Below are positions 49,023 to 60,270 of a stretch of DNA of 64,000 nt, piece by piece. The notes under the pieces are model-generated. The model was not told where the DNA came from and did no database searches. It saw only the letters and a program-made list of their open reading frames with translations. Position 1 is the first letter of the stretch; every line of letters starts with the position of its first letter. The stretch comes from Zootoca vivipara (taxonomy: Eukaryota). Position numbers and translations under genes: made by a program. Location of the stretch: positions 28,706,001-28,770,000 of the forward strand of contig NC_083288.1 of NCBI RefSeq assembly GCF_963506605.1, given 5' to 3'.

Positions 49023-49970
49023 ATGCAGCAAGTGGGAGAAAATGAGACAGAAGTGACTGAATTTATTCTCATCGGGTGGTCAGATCGACCCAAATCAAGA
49101 ATGGCTTTAATGACCTTTTTGATCATTTCCTATTCAATAATAGTTATTGGAAATGGTCTTATTATCTTTGTAGTCATATACGATCCAAAGCTTCATAATC
49201 CCATGTATTTCTTCCTCTGCAATTTGGCCATCCTTGACCTCTGCCTCACAGCAACAGCAATCCCACAATCAATAGCTAATTGCTTAGTGGACAGACCTGT
49301 AATGCTTCTTCCTATGTGCTATGCACAGATGTATGCTCTTCTTCTGTTCGGTACAACAGAATGTTTCCTTCTGGCTGTCATGGCTTATGATCGTTATGTT
49401 GCCATTTCCAATCCGCTGCGTTACACCATGATTATGAACAGAACAGTGTGCATCCTCCTCGCCACCGCAACATGGACTGCTTCCTTTATGATTACTGTGA
49501 TTCAATCTATTGCTAATCCCATTCGATTCTGTGGAAACAATGAGGTTGACCATATAGGATGTGAAGTTAAATCTGTTATTAAGCTCATTTGTGCAGAGTC
49601 CTCTTCAAGCCAGATAAGCATGTACTTCACTAGCACTTTGACACTGGTTCTTCCTTTGGGCTTCATCCTTTTTTCCTACATGCGCATTCTTGTGACCATC
49701 CTTAGGATCCACTCAGAAGGAGGTAGGACAAAGGCTTTCTCCACCTGTGGTTCCCATCTGACTGTAGTGATCATGTACTATGGCACAGCTATATTCACTT
49801 ACCTCCTACCACAAAATGCAGGGACACATGAGATAGAAAAAATAATATCTCCATTTAATTCAGTGCTGACTCCCATGTTTAATCCTTTAATTTATACACT
49901 CAGAAACCAAGAAGTCTTGGGTGCATTGAAGAAACTGATAGGTAAGAAAAAACCAGACATAACATATTAA
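49023..49970 (+). CDS. Olfactory receptor OR8, 315 aa, the only plus-strand member
   Basis: LHNPMYFFLCNLA, MAYDRYVAISNPLRY, KAFSTCGSHL, PMFNPLIYTLRN; C-terminus KKPDITY resembles OR7. Confidence 0.96.
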   Translation: MQQVGENETEVTEFILIGWSDRPKSRMALMTFLIISYSIIVIGNGLIIFVVIYDPKLHNPMYFFLCNLAILDLCLTATAIPQSIANCLVDRPVMLLPMCYAQMYALLLFGTTECFLLAVMAYDRYVAISNPLRYTMIMNRTVCILLATATWTASFMITVIQSIANPIRFCGNNEVDHIGCEVKSVIKLICAESSSSQISMYFTSTLTLVLPLGFILFSYMRILVTILRIHSEGGRTKAFSTCGSHLTVVIMYYGTAIFTYLLPQNAGTHEIEKIISPFNSVLTPMFNPLIYTLRNQEVLGALKKLIGKKKPDITY

Positions 49971-50136
49971 ATAGATACATAGCTTTCTTATTTGGATGTT
50001 TCCCCTTTAAATCACTTTATTTTCCCATTGTATGATTTTCACTGGATTCTTATTTTGGGTTCAGCAAACTGCAGGTTAATATTACAGGCCCTTTAAATGA
50101 ATGTTCACCATCTGGAATTCTTCAAAAATGTAAATG

Positions 50137-50503
50137 TAAAGGTAAAGGAAAAGGTACCCCTGACCATTAGGTCCAGTCGCGGACAACTCTGGGGTTGCGG
50201 CACTCATCTCGCTCTATAGGCCGAAGGAGTTGGCGTTTGTCTGCAGACAGCTTCCAGGTCATGTGGCCAGCATAACTAAGCCGCTTCTGGCGAACCAGAG
50301 CAGCACACGGAAACACTGTTTACCTTCCCGCCGGAGTGGTACGTATTTATCTACTTGCACTTGACGTGATTTCGAACTGCTAGGTTGACAAGAGCTAGGA
50401 CCGAGCAACGGGAGCTCACTCCGTTGCAGGGATTTGAACCACCAACCTTCCAATCAGCAAGCCCTGGGCTCTGTGGTTTAGACCACAGTGCCACCCGTGT
50501 CCC
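50137..50503 (-). mobile_element. Sauria SINE
   Basis: Full-length reverse copy; TSD-like ttcaaaaatgt on both sides. Confidence 0.9.
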
Positions 50504-50970
50504 GGGTTCAAAAATGTTTTTACACACAAATCTGTTTCTTGTAAAGTTAGCAGTGATGTAATTTATTCTCGTCTGTTTTGTAACTATACTATCAGTGGTG
50601 ATTGTAGTACATTATTTGCCCTGGATTCCCTGTTATTGTTTCTGCATCTGTTCCAATAGTCACTCGAAATATAAAGCTACACTAAGTCAAGAATATACCT
50701 TCCTGGAGGAAAAGCGTAATGCTGTATCTGTCTGGCTCTGTATCTGTGATCTTTCTTGTGCATGTGTGTGAATAGGTTGCACACACACACATTGGCAAGC
50801 ACTTTCAAATTTCAATCAAGTCTCATTCTGTCCATCAAGGATGAAATAGGTGTATGGAAAACCATGTGGTGCCCTCAGGAATTAAGCAGTTTGACCAGCT
50901 ATAGGCGCTTAAAATGAATAATTGGTACTTTTGGTCAGTGTATGATATGCCTTGCATCTTTCATCATCTG

Positions 50971-51129
50971 NNNNNNNNNNNNNNNNNNNNNNNNNNNNNN
51001 NNNNNNNNNNNNNNNNNNNNNNNNNNNNNNNNNNNNNNNNNNNNNNNNNNNNNNNNNNNNNNNNNNNNNNNNNNNNNNNNNNNNNNNNNNNNNNNNNNNN
51101 NNNNNNNNNNNNNNNNNNNNNNNNNNNNN
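50971..51129. other. Assembly gap
   Basis: Run of N. Confidence 1.
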
Positions 51130-52093
51130 TTTTTAGGGCTATAAAGCCCATTACACTCCATAGAGTGTAGTGGGGGTTGTGGAAGAGCTCAAAAGAAATC
51201 TGGGAGAGGGTGGGCTGTAGTTAGACTTAGCCATTGAGGCGTGTCACATGTCACAGTTTTGATTGACAGGAGCCACTTATTTAAACTCAGGCACTTTCAT
51301 TTTCAGCTCACTCTCGGTAAGCCTTTGAATCTCCCGCCCGCCCGCCGCCGTGTTATAGGCTTTAGCTGACATTGCTTTGCCTTTTCAGGGGTCGCCTGTA
51401 TTCAGGGGCCCAGTAGGAATTTTGCCACTTGGCTGATTGGCTGTTGCCATTTGCTTTTTGCCTACTGATTAGCAAATTGTCACAACTTGTTAGGTTGGCC
51501 GTTAGGCTTTGGTTAATAAATTGGTTATAGGAGGGGCATGGCATGAATTTGCCTACCCCCCTATCTTGCTCCTCACAGAAGTATTCCGTTAAAGGAATCC
51601 TGGGGCTCAGGGACTCTAGTCCATTCATCCTGCCATAGGCAAGGATGGTGCGGCCATTACAGAGCTGAGCCTTGGGGAACATTCCTGGGTCAAGAGGAGA
51701 GTGCCTGTGAACAGTACCTCCACTACCATGGGGTGTTTACTTCACTTACCTACCCATAGGTAAGTCGGAGCTGGTCCTGACCCAAAAGGGGGTCAGATGG
51801 AATTGGTGCTGCCCAAACCAGGCAGATGGAATTGGTCCTGACCCAACAAGGGTCAGTTGGAATTGGTCCTACCCAAACCAGGCAGATGGAATTGGTCCTG
51901 ACCCAACAAGGGTCAGATGGAAATGGTCCTGTCCCTTAGAGTGGACAGATGGATTAACCAAAGCCTAAGCCAACACTCAGAATTAATTGTATTTAAATAA
52001 AGTTGTGGCCAAAATAATGCCAAAAACCCAAACCTAAAATATCGTGTGAGTTGTGAGTTATTTACGGGATTTATGGGAGCTTCGTCACGCAAT
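51130..52093 (+). mobile_element. Ngaro/DIRS-like terminal repeat element
   Basis: ggtcgcctgtattcaggggcc block and aataaagttgtggcc...cacgcaa end, shared with 15640-15720 and 1370-1528. Confidence 0.65.
51744..51953 (+). repeat. Array of ~30-bp hairpin units
   Basis: Six units ggtcCTG-stem-loop-CAGatggaatt preceded by a perfect 9-bp hairpin. Confidence 0.85.
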
Positions 52094-52219
52094 TAATTTC
52101 TTAGCTCAGTTGTTGAATCATTCTGCCACATTCTCTTTTAGTGTAGAAATTGGAGTTCTTGGTGAAGTCCAGAAATAAACAGTAAATTGCAAGAACTCGG
52201 GCCAGGAGGAAGATGAATT

Positions 52220-52439
52220 TCAAGTAAGTCTTCAAAAGGTTTTATTTATGTAAGGATGGGATGAATTCAAATAGGAATCAATTCCATACTTGGTATACCA
52301 GGACCATTAAAACAGGGCCTTGTCTTGGGGTTTTTTCACTGGAATTAATTTTTATTTGCCTCACTATCATACTGGAATTGATTCCTATTTGAATTCATCC
52401 TATCATTACATAAATAAAACCTTTTGAAGACTTACTTGA
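52220..52439. repeat. ~67-bp inverted repeat
   Basis: tcaagtaagtcttcaaaaggttttatttatgtaa... at 52220 is the reverse complement of sequence ending at 52439. Confidence 0.85.
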
Positions 52440-52507
52440 CATTCTCTTTTAGGTCATGATTTCCCCTCATTCCCAAAAAGAATATTTTAGCACTCTGCTT
52501 TTTGTGT

Positions 52508-52539
52508 TCCCTTTGGACATATTCCCAGATGTCTCATTA
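52508..52539 (-). promoter_or_regulatory. Orphan OR promoter module (no co-oriented OR CDS of its own)
   Basis: TAATGA-G-ACATCTGGGA-ATATG-TCCAAAGGGA; flank ~52480-52870 is paralogous to ~60215-60595. Confidence 0.6.
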
Positions 52540-52879
52540 CTTTCTGAAGTTGCTCCACAACTAAAACTGAAGTGAATAACTTTGCAAAAATTAACTTGAG
52601 GGTAAAAGAACTACTTAATGTAAGTCAATGAAAAATGTCATGTTGATTTTGGAGAACTCCTGCAATGGTATCGATCTAATGAGTTTAAGCCACATCCTTC
52701 TCAGTATTATTATTTAGTATATTTATACATCATAATCATTTAGTACATTGATTTAGTACTTTTGTATTCCAGCTTTCTTCCACCATTGACTTCTGTGGAG
52801 TCTCAAGGTGAACTTCCATTCAGGTAGTTCTAGGTCTGCTTAGCATTAGCAAGGTAGCATTATCATTATCCGCCACAGT

Positions 52880-53870
52880 CACATAATGGTCATAACAGGT
52901 GAAGGGAGGGTCACAAGAATGAAGACAGGAGACTGGTATTGGATTGAATCAGGCCACAACTTTATTGATTACATGAAAGAGTAGGTTTGGCTAAGGCACT
53001 GGGCATGTATCCAGACTCAGGCAACCCACCTGCTACCTGATAGGAACCTGGTGGGGTTGAACGTGTGCTGGGGAGTCACCCACAACATGGATTGGGTGCC
53101 ACGACCCTGCACAGGCTGCCATTTATAGTGGTGCATTGGCCCATTGGTTCCCCAGTGGGCTCCCTCCTGGACTCCTCTATTCAGCCCAATGCCTTATCTG
53201 CTACCTGAGCCAGTACCAGCAGGGGATGGCTCACCACCAAACCACTCAGACTTGCAACAAACCCCTTAGCCCCCAGATATGTCCTGCAACCAGTGTTCAT
53301 TGCCCACATCTGTGAGGCGCACACCGTCTGATCGGAACAGAGCCTCTGAAGTGAATATTATACTCGAGTGTTGGATCACTCCATCCCCGCAGCATGCCAG
53401 ATAATGCTGGATGGCCTTGTTCTTCTTCCCTTCACAGGCATCAAGATCTGACCAGGTGAGGGCATGCCTGGATGCTTACTACACAGAGAATTGAGGTCAC
53501 CAGTCACCAGTGTGAGGTTGATACCTTTCCTGGCAACCAGGTTGTTCTCACGCAGTTGTGTAATGAGCGCATCCAGAGGACTGTTGGCAGTGATGTTGTC
53601 ATCCAACCACAGCATCAGAGTGTCCCATCACATTCCTCTGTGCCCCATCCATGTAACACATGCCCATTCGTTCAGACCAAGGTGGCAACCCCATGGTGAG
53701 TTAACAGCATGAACACCCAGTGAACAATGTTGTGGCCACAGATTGGTATCTATTGCCCTGGATAGACCTGTGAACTCCCACCCCACCCCAATCTAGTTCT
53801 GAATATGTTTGGGGGGCAGGGTTATTGTCTAATAAGGGTTTTAAAGCCCTGAACAGCCTGCTGCTGCCCT
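52880..53870 (-). mobile_element. Ngaro-like relic with degraded SGNH hydrolase ORF
   Basis: Minus strand ICGHNIVHW (block I-like) and LDALITQLRENNL (block III-like), then aataaagttgtggcc terminus. Confidence 0.6.
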
Positions 53871-54849
53871 TGCATATCAAGACCTCAGAACTTGGCTGAA
53901 TCTAATATATATTCTATATATTAGAGCCTGGTGTGTGCAAGGCAACATACAGGGCAACATACAAATCCATTGTGTTGTTTCTGCATTTGCATGGAGATGA
54001 ACTGTTTGCTTCTGCATATGCAAGGCCACGAGTGAACACCAATGATCTATTTCTATGATGCTACAAGTAGGCATGGAGAAAACAATCTCAAAGCCGCATA
54101 TTCACCAAAACTACAAACTCCTCCCTCCTTAAATCACTACAATGCTCATATCATACTACACAATACCCTCCAAGTGTCCCGATTTTCCAGGGACAGTCCC
54201 TGAATTATGAAATCCCTCCCAGCTTCTGATTTCATCCTGGAATGTCCCTATTTTCTCGGCCACTGCTGCCACTCCTGAGCACAGTGCTGCCGGTCTTCTT
54301 CCTTGGGCACCTGGACAGCGGGTGAGGAAAAGGAGAGGCTGCTGCCATCGGGGCCCAGCATTCAATGATGCACCAGCTCTGGAGTGGAGGCAGAGGGCAG
54401 GGCCATCCTGGGTGGGAAGAAAGGTGGAGCAGATTGCAAGAGTCTAGATTTTTCTTAATAAATGCTTTGTGTGTCTGTGTCTAATCTTACCCCTTCCCAA
54501 AATTTATTTCTTGACGTGTTTCTATTTTTTTTGTAAATCTACAAAATCTACCAAAAAATAAAATTAAATAAAAACAAGGGGTTTCTCAGGATGGTGGAGG
54601 GTTTGTGTGTTGTGCCCCATTAGTGTAGTCATGGTCACATTCACCCTTCTGATATGCTCGGGGGAGAGGACAAAAATGGTAGGTCAAGGAAGGTCAGTTT
54701 GTGGAGGGAAACTGAGAAATATCCCTACTTTCATCTGAGGGATGATGGAAGGTAGCATGCAATACTTTACCATAGATTCTACAACCCTTAACCACATCAA
54801 CTACTGCCATGTCAAGCGGGCACACAATCAGTGGGGGTAGATCTCCAGT

Positions 54850-56080
54850 CTAGAAAAAAGGAATACTGCATCAAAAAATAAATAAAAAAATAAAAAAAAA
54901 CAGTTTTTGTGGTAAAATATATTTCTAAAGTCATGGTCTTCTTAATAAACTATAGGGCCCACAGATGGTATATGGATAACCAGTCGATCAAACAAGTTAA
55001 AATCTTTAAATATATTGGCCTTGTTTTTTCAGTCAACAGGGCAGCACACCTGAAATACAGAGAGGAAAAGTGTCTCCAAGTGCTAAAAGTATGACACTCT
55101 TTCTCCACACAAAAGGTGGCAATCATATATACCTTCAGCACTTGAAATGTTTAAAGCTAACCCCTAGCACAGTTTTTATATGGAGCTCAGATTTGGACAG
55201 GTGCTCACCTTGGGCCCACAGAAGCTGTTCAGTCCAAGTTTCCAAGGCAAATTTTATTTGTGTTCCAAACGCATCACTGCCCTTGGAGGCGAATCTTTCC
55301 TTTGCTGGATTACAGATTTGGTGTATATAGGACATTTAATTAATTATTGTAGGAATTTATCCCCCACTGGTCTACTACCGCTAGTATTGCAAGATCATCA
55401 CAAGAGCGCCTGAACTAAAATTGTTATCCAAGAGCTTTATTCCTTTGGTTTATCACCACAATAGTTATTAACACTGGGCTTCAGCGAAGCAAATAATTTA
55501 GTTAGATAGCTCCTATATGACATTGAATGACAGAATAATTTGGCCACCATAAGGAAATTTTGTCCATGGTATGTTTATTTTCCACCTAGACTTCTTGATG
55601 CATTGGCACCCTACTTGCAAAATTTAACAGTTCCAAAACACAGATGTGCTTTCACTTATGCAAGATTGAACATACTGCCTTCAGATGTACTTGAGGGTCG
55701 ATTTCAAAAAAATCCACTTGAAAAATGCTGATATTCACGTGGAGATGGCAGTATTAAGTCAGTGGCTCATGCACTGCTAGGTTGTACTCTTTATAAAGAT
55801 TTGAGGAGTGGGGTTGTTATGCCACTACTGCTATCTATATGAGGTCACTCAACCATTGCTATTGTGTCTTTTCTTCTGGCAGATCAAGATAACCAGGTGA
55901 CAGCAAAAACTGCAAAAAAAATTAGCCAGGGCAATTAGAATAAGATCTAAGTTCTGATATTTGTATTGATGTAAGCATTCAGAATGTATTTTGTATAGCT
56001 GACAATTTATATCTATTTCCATTATATTTTATCTTATTTTTATGGCTAGCGGCTAATCCAAATAAAGTTCCTATCTATAT
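54850..56080 (+). mobile_element. Degraded non-LTR retrotransposon 3' portion (RTE-X-like)
   Basis: IKQVKIFKYIG thumb motif; RLNILPS..LEGRF and a degraded C-terminal Cys/His finger (HALLGCTLY); AATAAA end. Confidence 0.55.
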
Positions 56081-56600
56081 TTCTGAAGAGGGGATTAAAT
56101 ATGGTAACCGTTAATTTCACATATAACTATCATTGCTTCAATATATAAATATATATAGTGTTTTTATTATGACCATTTCTCTAGCCCATTAAATACAATA
56201 CCTTTAAGCCATGTACAGCAAAATAAAACGCAGAGAAACATATGTTATAAAAATATACTATAACATCATCAATGCAAAGTATTGAAGTGACTAATAACCA
56301 GTTCATACATTTAACAGGTTTAACTGGCACTTTACCACCTCCAGCTGCAGAGGTGGTGGAATTTTTGCATGTTTAAGAGTTGCCTCACCCCCAAATGACA
56401 ATGTTAATGAAAATCAAGATGAACTCTTCATTTCTCCTGAAAAAAGCTAGTTTTCTAGATGGAGAGACTAATTTAAAGAACCATTTTTTAATTTCTAGAC
56501 TGGAAATTAATGTGGGTGGTTAAATCAGTCCACTTCCCTTATGTATTACAAATAAAATGTCTACAAACAAAAAGGTTATTTAAAAAGTGTAATTAGTTAC

Positions 56601-57533
56601 CTATAAGCTTTTTGTAAACAGAAACCTCTTCAATGCTCCCAACACGTCCTGGTTTCTGAGTGTATAAATTAAAGGATTGATCATGGGCGTCAGCACTCCA
56701 TAAAATGCAGAAATTATTTTGTCAACGTCACGCGTGTTCTTATTTTGAGGGAGGAGGTATGTAAATATGCATGTGCCATAGAACATGCAAACCACAGCCA
56801 GGTGGGACCCACAGGTGGAAAATGCCTTCATCCTGCCTCCTGATTTCATCCTCAGGATGGCTGCAAGGATACGCATGTAGGAAAAAAGGATGAAGCCAAG
56901 GGGCAGAACCAGCGTTAAAGTGCTAGTGAAGTATATGCTTAGTTGGCTCATAGAGGTATCTGTACAAATGAGTTTGAAAACAGCTTTAAATTCACATGAT
57001 AAATGGTCCACCTCATTGTTTCCACAGAATCTAGCTGGCTTTGCAAGGCAGGGGACTACTGTTAACATAAAGGCGCTAAACCAAGTCACAGAAGCCAAGA
57101 CGGTGCAAACTGTATTGTTCATTATGAGCATGTAGCGGAGTGGGTTGGAGATGGCAATGAATCGATCGTAAGCCATGACAGCAAGAAGGAAGCATTCGGT
57201 TGAGCCAAAGAAAAGGCCAGTGTAGAGTTGGGTGAGGCATAAAGGAAAAGACATGACAGGTCTGTCCTCCAGGCAGTTGGCTATAGATTGTGGGACTCCA
57301 GATGATGACATGCACAGATCAAGGATGGACAAATTGCACAGGAAAAAATACATGGGGTTGTGGAGCCGTGGATCAGCTATAACCACCACCACAATGAGTC
57401 CATTTCCAACAACTGTAATCGAATATGCAATTATCATGAACACCATTAAACCCATCCTTGACTTGGGGCGGCCCGACCATCCAATAAGAACAAATTCAGT
57501 CACTGCGGTCTCATTTTCTCCTACTTCCTGCAT
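56601..57533 (-). CDS. Olfactory receptor OR9, 310 aa
   Basis: All OR motifs; ICL3 is one residue shorter (LRMKSGGR) than in paralogs. Confidence 0.96.
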   Translation of the reverse strand: MQEVGENETAVTEFVLIGWSGRPKSRMGLMVFMIIAYSITVVGNGLIVVVVIADPRLHNPMYFFLCNLSILDLCMSSSGVPQSIANCLEDRPVMSFPLCLTQLYTGLFFGSTECFLLAVMAYDRFIAISNPLRYMLIMNNTVCTVLASVTWFSAFMLTVVPCLAKPARFCGNNEVDHLSCEFKAVFKLICTDTSMSQLSIYFTSTLTLVLPLGFILFSYMRILAAILRMKSGGRMKAFSTCGSHLAVVCMFYGTCIFTYLLPQNKNTRDVDKIISAFYGVLTPMINPLIYTLRNQDVLGALKRFLFTKSL

Positions 57534-59475
57534 AAAGGCTGATAAGATGGGGATGGGGAGAGATAAATAATGACGTTTAAATATTTTAAAAATAGATTAG
57601 AACACAATTAAACAAATTTATTTGTTATTTACTGGGCATGTCTATTTTTCAGATGCCTAGGTTATTTAACAGAAGATGAAGCAATAAAGCATCAGACTGT
57701 GAGATTGAATGTGACCATATAGAAAAATTTATGAGCATAGAAAACATCTAAATCTCAGATAAGTGTATTAATGTGGGCTGACACAAACTGCCTGAGTTCC
57801 CAGGGAACATTTATAATGTTATTCTGTGTCTAGAATTGTTATGGTTGAGTTAATTATTTCATTCATTTATTTATTTACCATCATTTCTAAGCAACTTAAT
57901 TTTGTTTAATCCCTAAGTGTTGAAAAGGATAACATAAAAACAGTAAAACAGAGTGATAAAAACGTATAAAAATAGCAAAAATATAAAACCACTGATGTAT
58001 TTATATATTACTTTTTTATTTCATTGAGGGAAATGAAGGCAGTGCCTTTTCCAATGGAATTTTCCATTAATTTCTATTATTTTGCATCTTTAGACACAGA
58101 GTAATCCCTCAACATAATACTATAAATATTACTATGGTCCATAACTTTCAAGGGCCAGAATTCTCCCTAATAGCGAATTGAGGTAGATGAGTGCCTATCA
58201 GTTTGGAAACTAAACAATGTCATTTACAAATTAAGGAGTTGATTACTAGACTCTTGGCATGAAGAAACATAGAAGAGTATGAATAAAAATAAAATTCATG
58301 TTTAATTACTCACCCCCCCCAAAACCCCACTTGTATCAAATAATAAAGAAAAGCAAGGAAAGATAAATAAATATGTTTCCTCCTTTTCACAACCCCTTCT
58401 ATGGCAGGGCTGGGGGCCCTCAGATCCAGGAGCTGAATGCAACCCTCTGGCTCATGACTTTTTTTCTCTTTCTCCCCCCCCCCCAAAAAATATATTTATT
58501 GATTCTATAAAACTAATATACAGTATATATATATATAACACGAAAATACAAAAAATCACATAAAACACAAAAATACAAAATACAAAAAAGAGAGAGAAAA
58601 AAAGTTTTTTCTCTTTCAAGGCCACAACACCTTCCAAGTTGCAACACTCAGTAACCCTGTTTCGAACCCTTAAGTATATTTGCATGGCTGAAATATGCAT
58701 TTGAAGTCTGATAATGTCTCTTGCTTGCCTAGACAGAGAGGAGTGTGTGTGTGCGCGCATGCTTGCTCGCTCGTAGGAACTAGTCTACGGACATATCCCA
58801 CCCCCGACACAGCAAGTGTCTGCACACTCAAAAGAGTTAGCCACCAAACTCATCTAGCCCAACCTGTTGTGACCTCAGTTGCTTCTTTTCAGTTCTGAAC
58901 TCTTAGCCCCAACCTTGGACTCTGCAATACTGAACTATTCTTTCTAGGCTACCTACTCTCACCTTTCCTGTCACCTAGCTAGAGTGTAAAGGCTTCTGTG
59001 ACTCATTGCCTATTGCTGAGCCTGTACCTCTACTTTGCCTCAGTAAACCTCTCTTCCTTATACTCAAGTAAGAGACTCCGACCACTGAACTTTCTTACAG
59101 TAAATTATCATATCCTCCATTTCTCTGATTAAAATAGGGTTGTCCTGGTGAATACGAATAAGAATTCTACTCTGCACATCTGACCGTGTTGCCCAAGCCA
59201 CTCTGGACAACTTCCAGTATATATGCAAACATAATAAAACTTTAAACATAAAAAAACTTCTCAACACAAGGCTGCCTTCAGATTTCTCCCAAGGTTTGTA
59301 CAGCTACTTATCACATTGGTTCGTGGGGACCCATAACTCTATGCCCTCCAACATTTCTCCAATGAAAATAGGGATGCCCTAAGGAAAAGTAGGACATTCT
59401 GGGACCAACTAAAAAACTAGGATGCCTTCTGTAAATCCAGGACTGGCCTTGGGAAACAGAGATTTGGAGGGTCTG

Positions 59476-59517
<42 letters not shown>

Positions 59518-60238
59518 TCATGGGTGGCCATTGTGAGGGTAAACGGACACATGTTTCCTTTCCACAATGTAAACTTTTAAGGGAAATTTATGATGCAAAT
59601 ATATGTCTTGCGAAGCAGAACAAGAAAATAACATAGTGAACATTTTATCCACAACATTTTCATTTCTCCCTTCCCCATACAGTCAGAAAAACAGAAATGA
59701 GCAAACCTTGCATAGCCATTTCTATTAATTTTAACCGGTCTTTTAGTACTTTGAGTGTGACTGCCAGTGGATGCAGCCCCTAGTAGCCCCTTGTAAGAAA
59801 ATCACACAGCCTATGGACACATCAATAATTTTATTATAATACTAATGACTAGCTATTGTTGTTTCTAGGAGAGTGAGGGAGAGAATAGTATTTTGCACAT
59901 TATATATGGAACAAAATTGATATAAATGCAGAAAAAAGAAAACATAGGTAGGATTTAACTGTAAGCAAAGCTAGAAAAGAAATAACTTGGTAGAAATCCT
60001 GGTTTGAAATAGTCCTATTCATTAATACAAATACAATTTACATTACCTTTTAATGCACTAATAGTTCAAGCACTCTTAGAAGAATTAGCACTGGAGAATC
60101 AGGATTATTATTATTTTTTAAGGGCCAAGCAAACCACACAGATGGCGCCTGAGTAAATTAATGTAACTAATTTTCAATGGGAGTTTTTATATAGGAAACA
60201 ATGGGCTAGATTTTATTTTAGTGCTCTGCTTTTTGTCT

Positions 60239-60270
60239 TCCCATTGGGTGCATTCCCAAATGTCTCATTA
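60239..60270 (-). promoter_or_regulatory. Putative OR9 promoter module
   Basis: TAATGA-G-ACATTTGGGA-ATGCA-CCCAATGGGA. Confidence 0.65.

Noticed and set aside
50909-51170. ORFs spanning N runs (also 3831-4146)
   Set aside because: Artefacts of assembly gaps.
51773-51953. CRISPR-like repeat-spacer appearance
   Set aside because: Eukaryotic context, no cas genes, and the variable parts are short and recur; kept only as a hairpin minisatellite.
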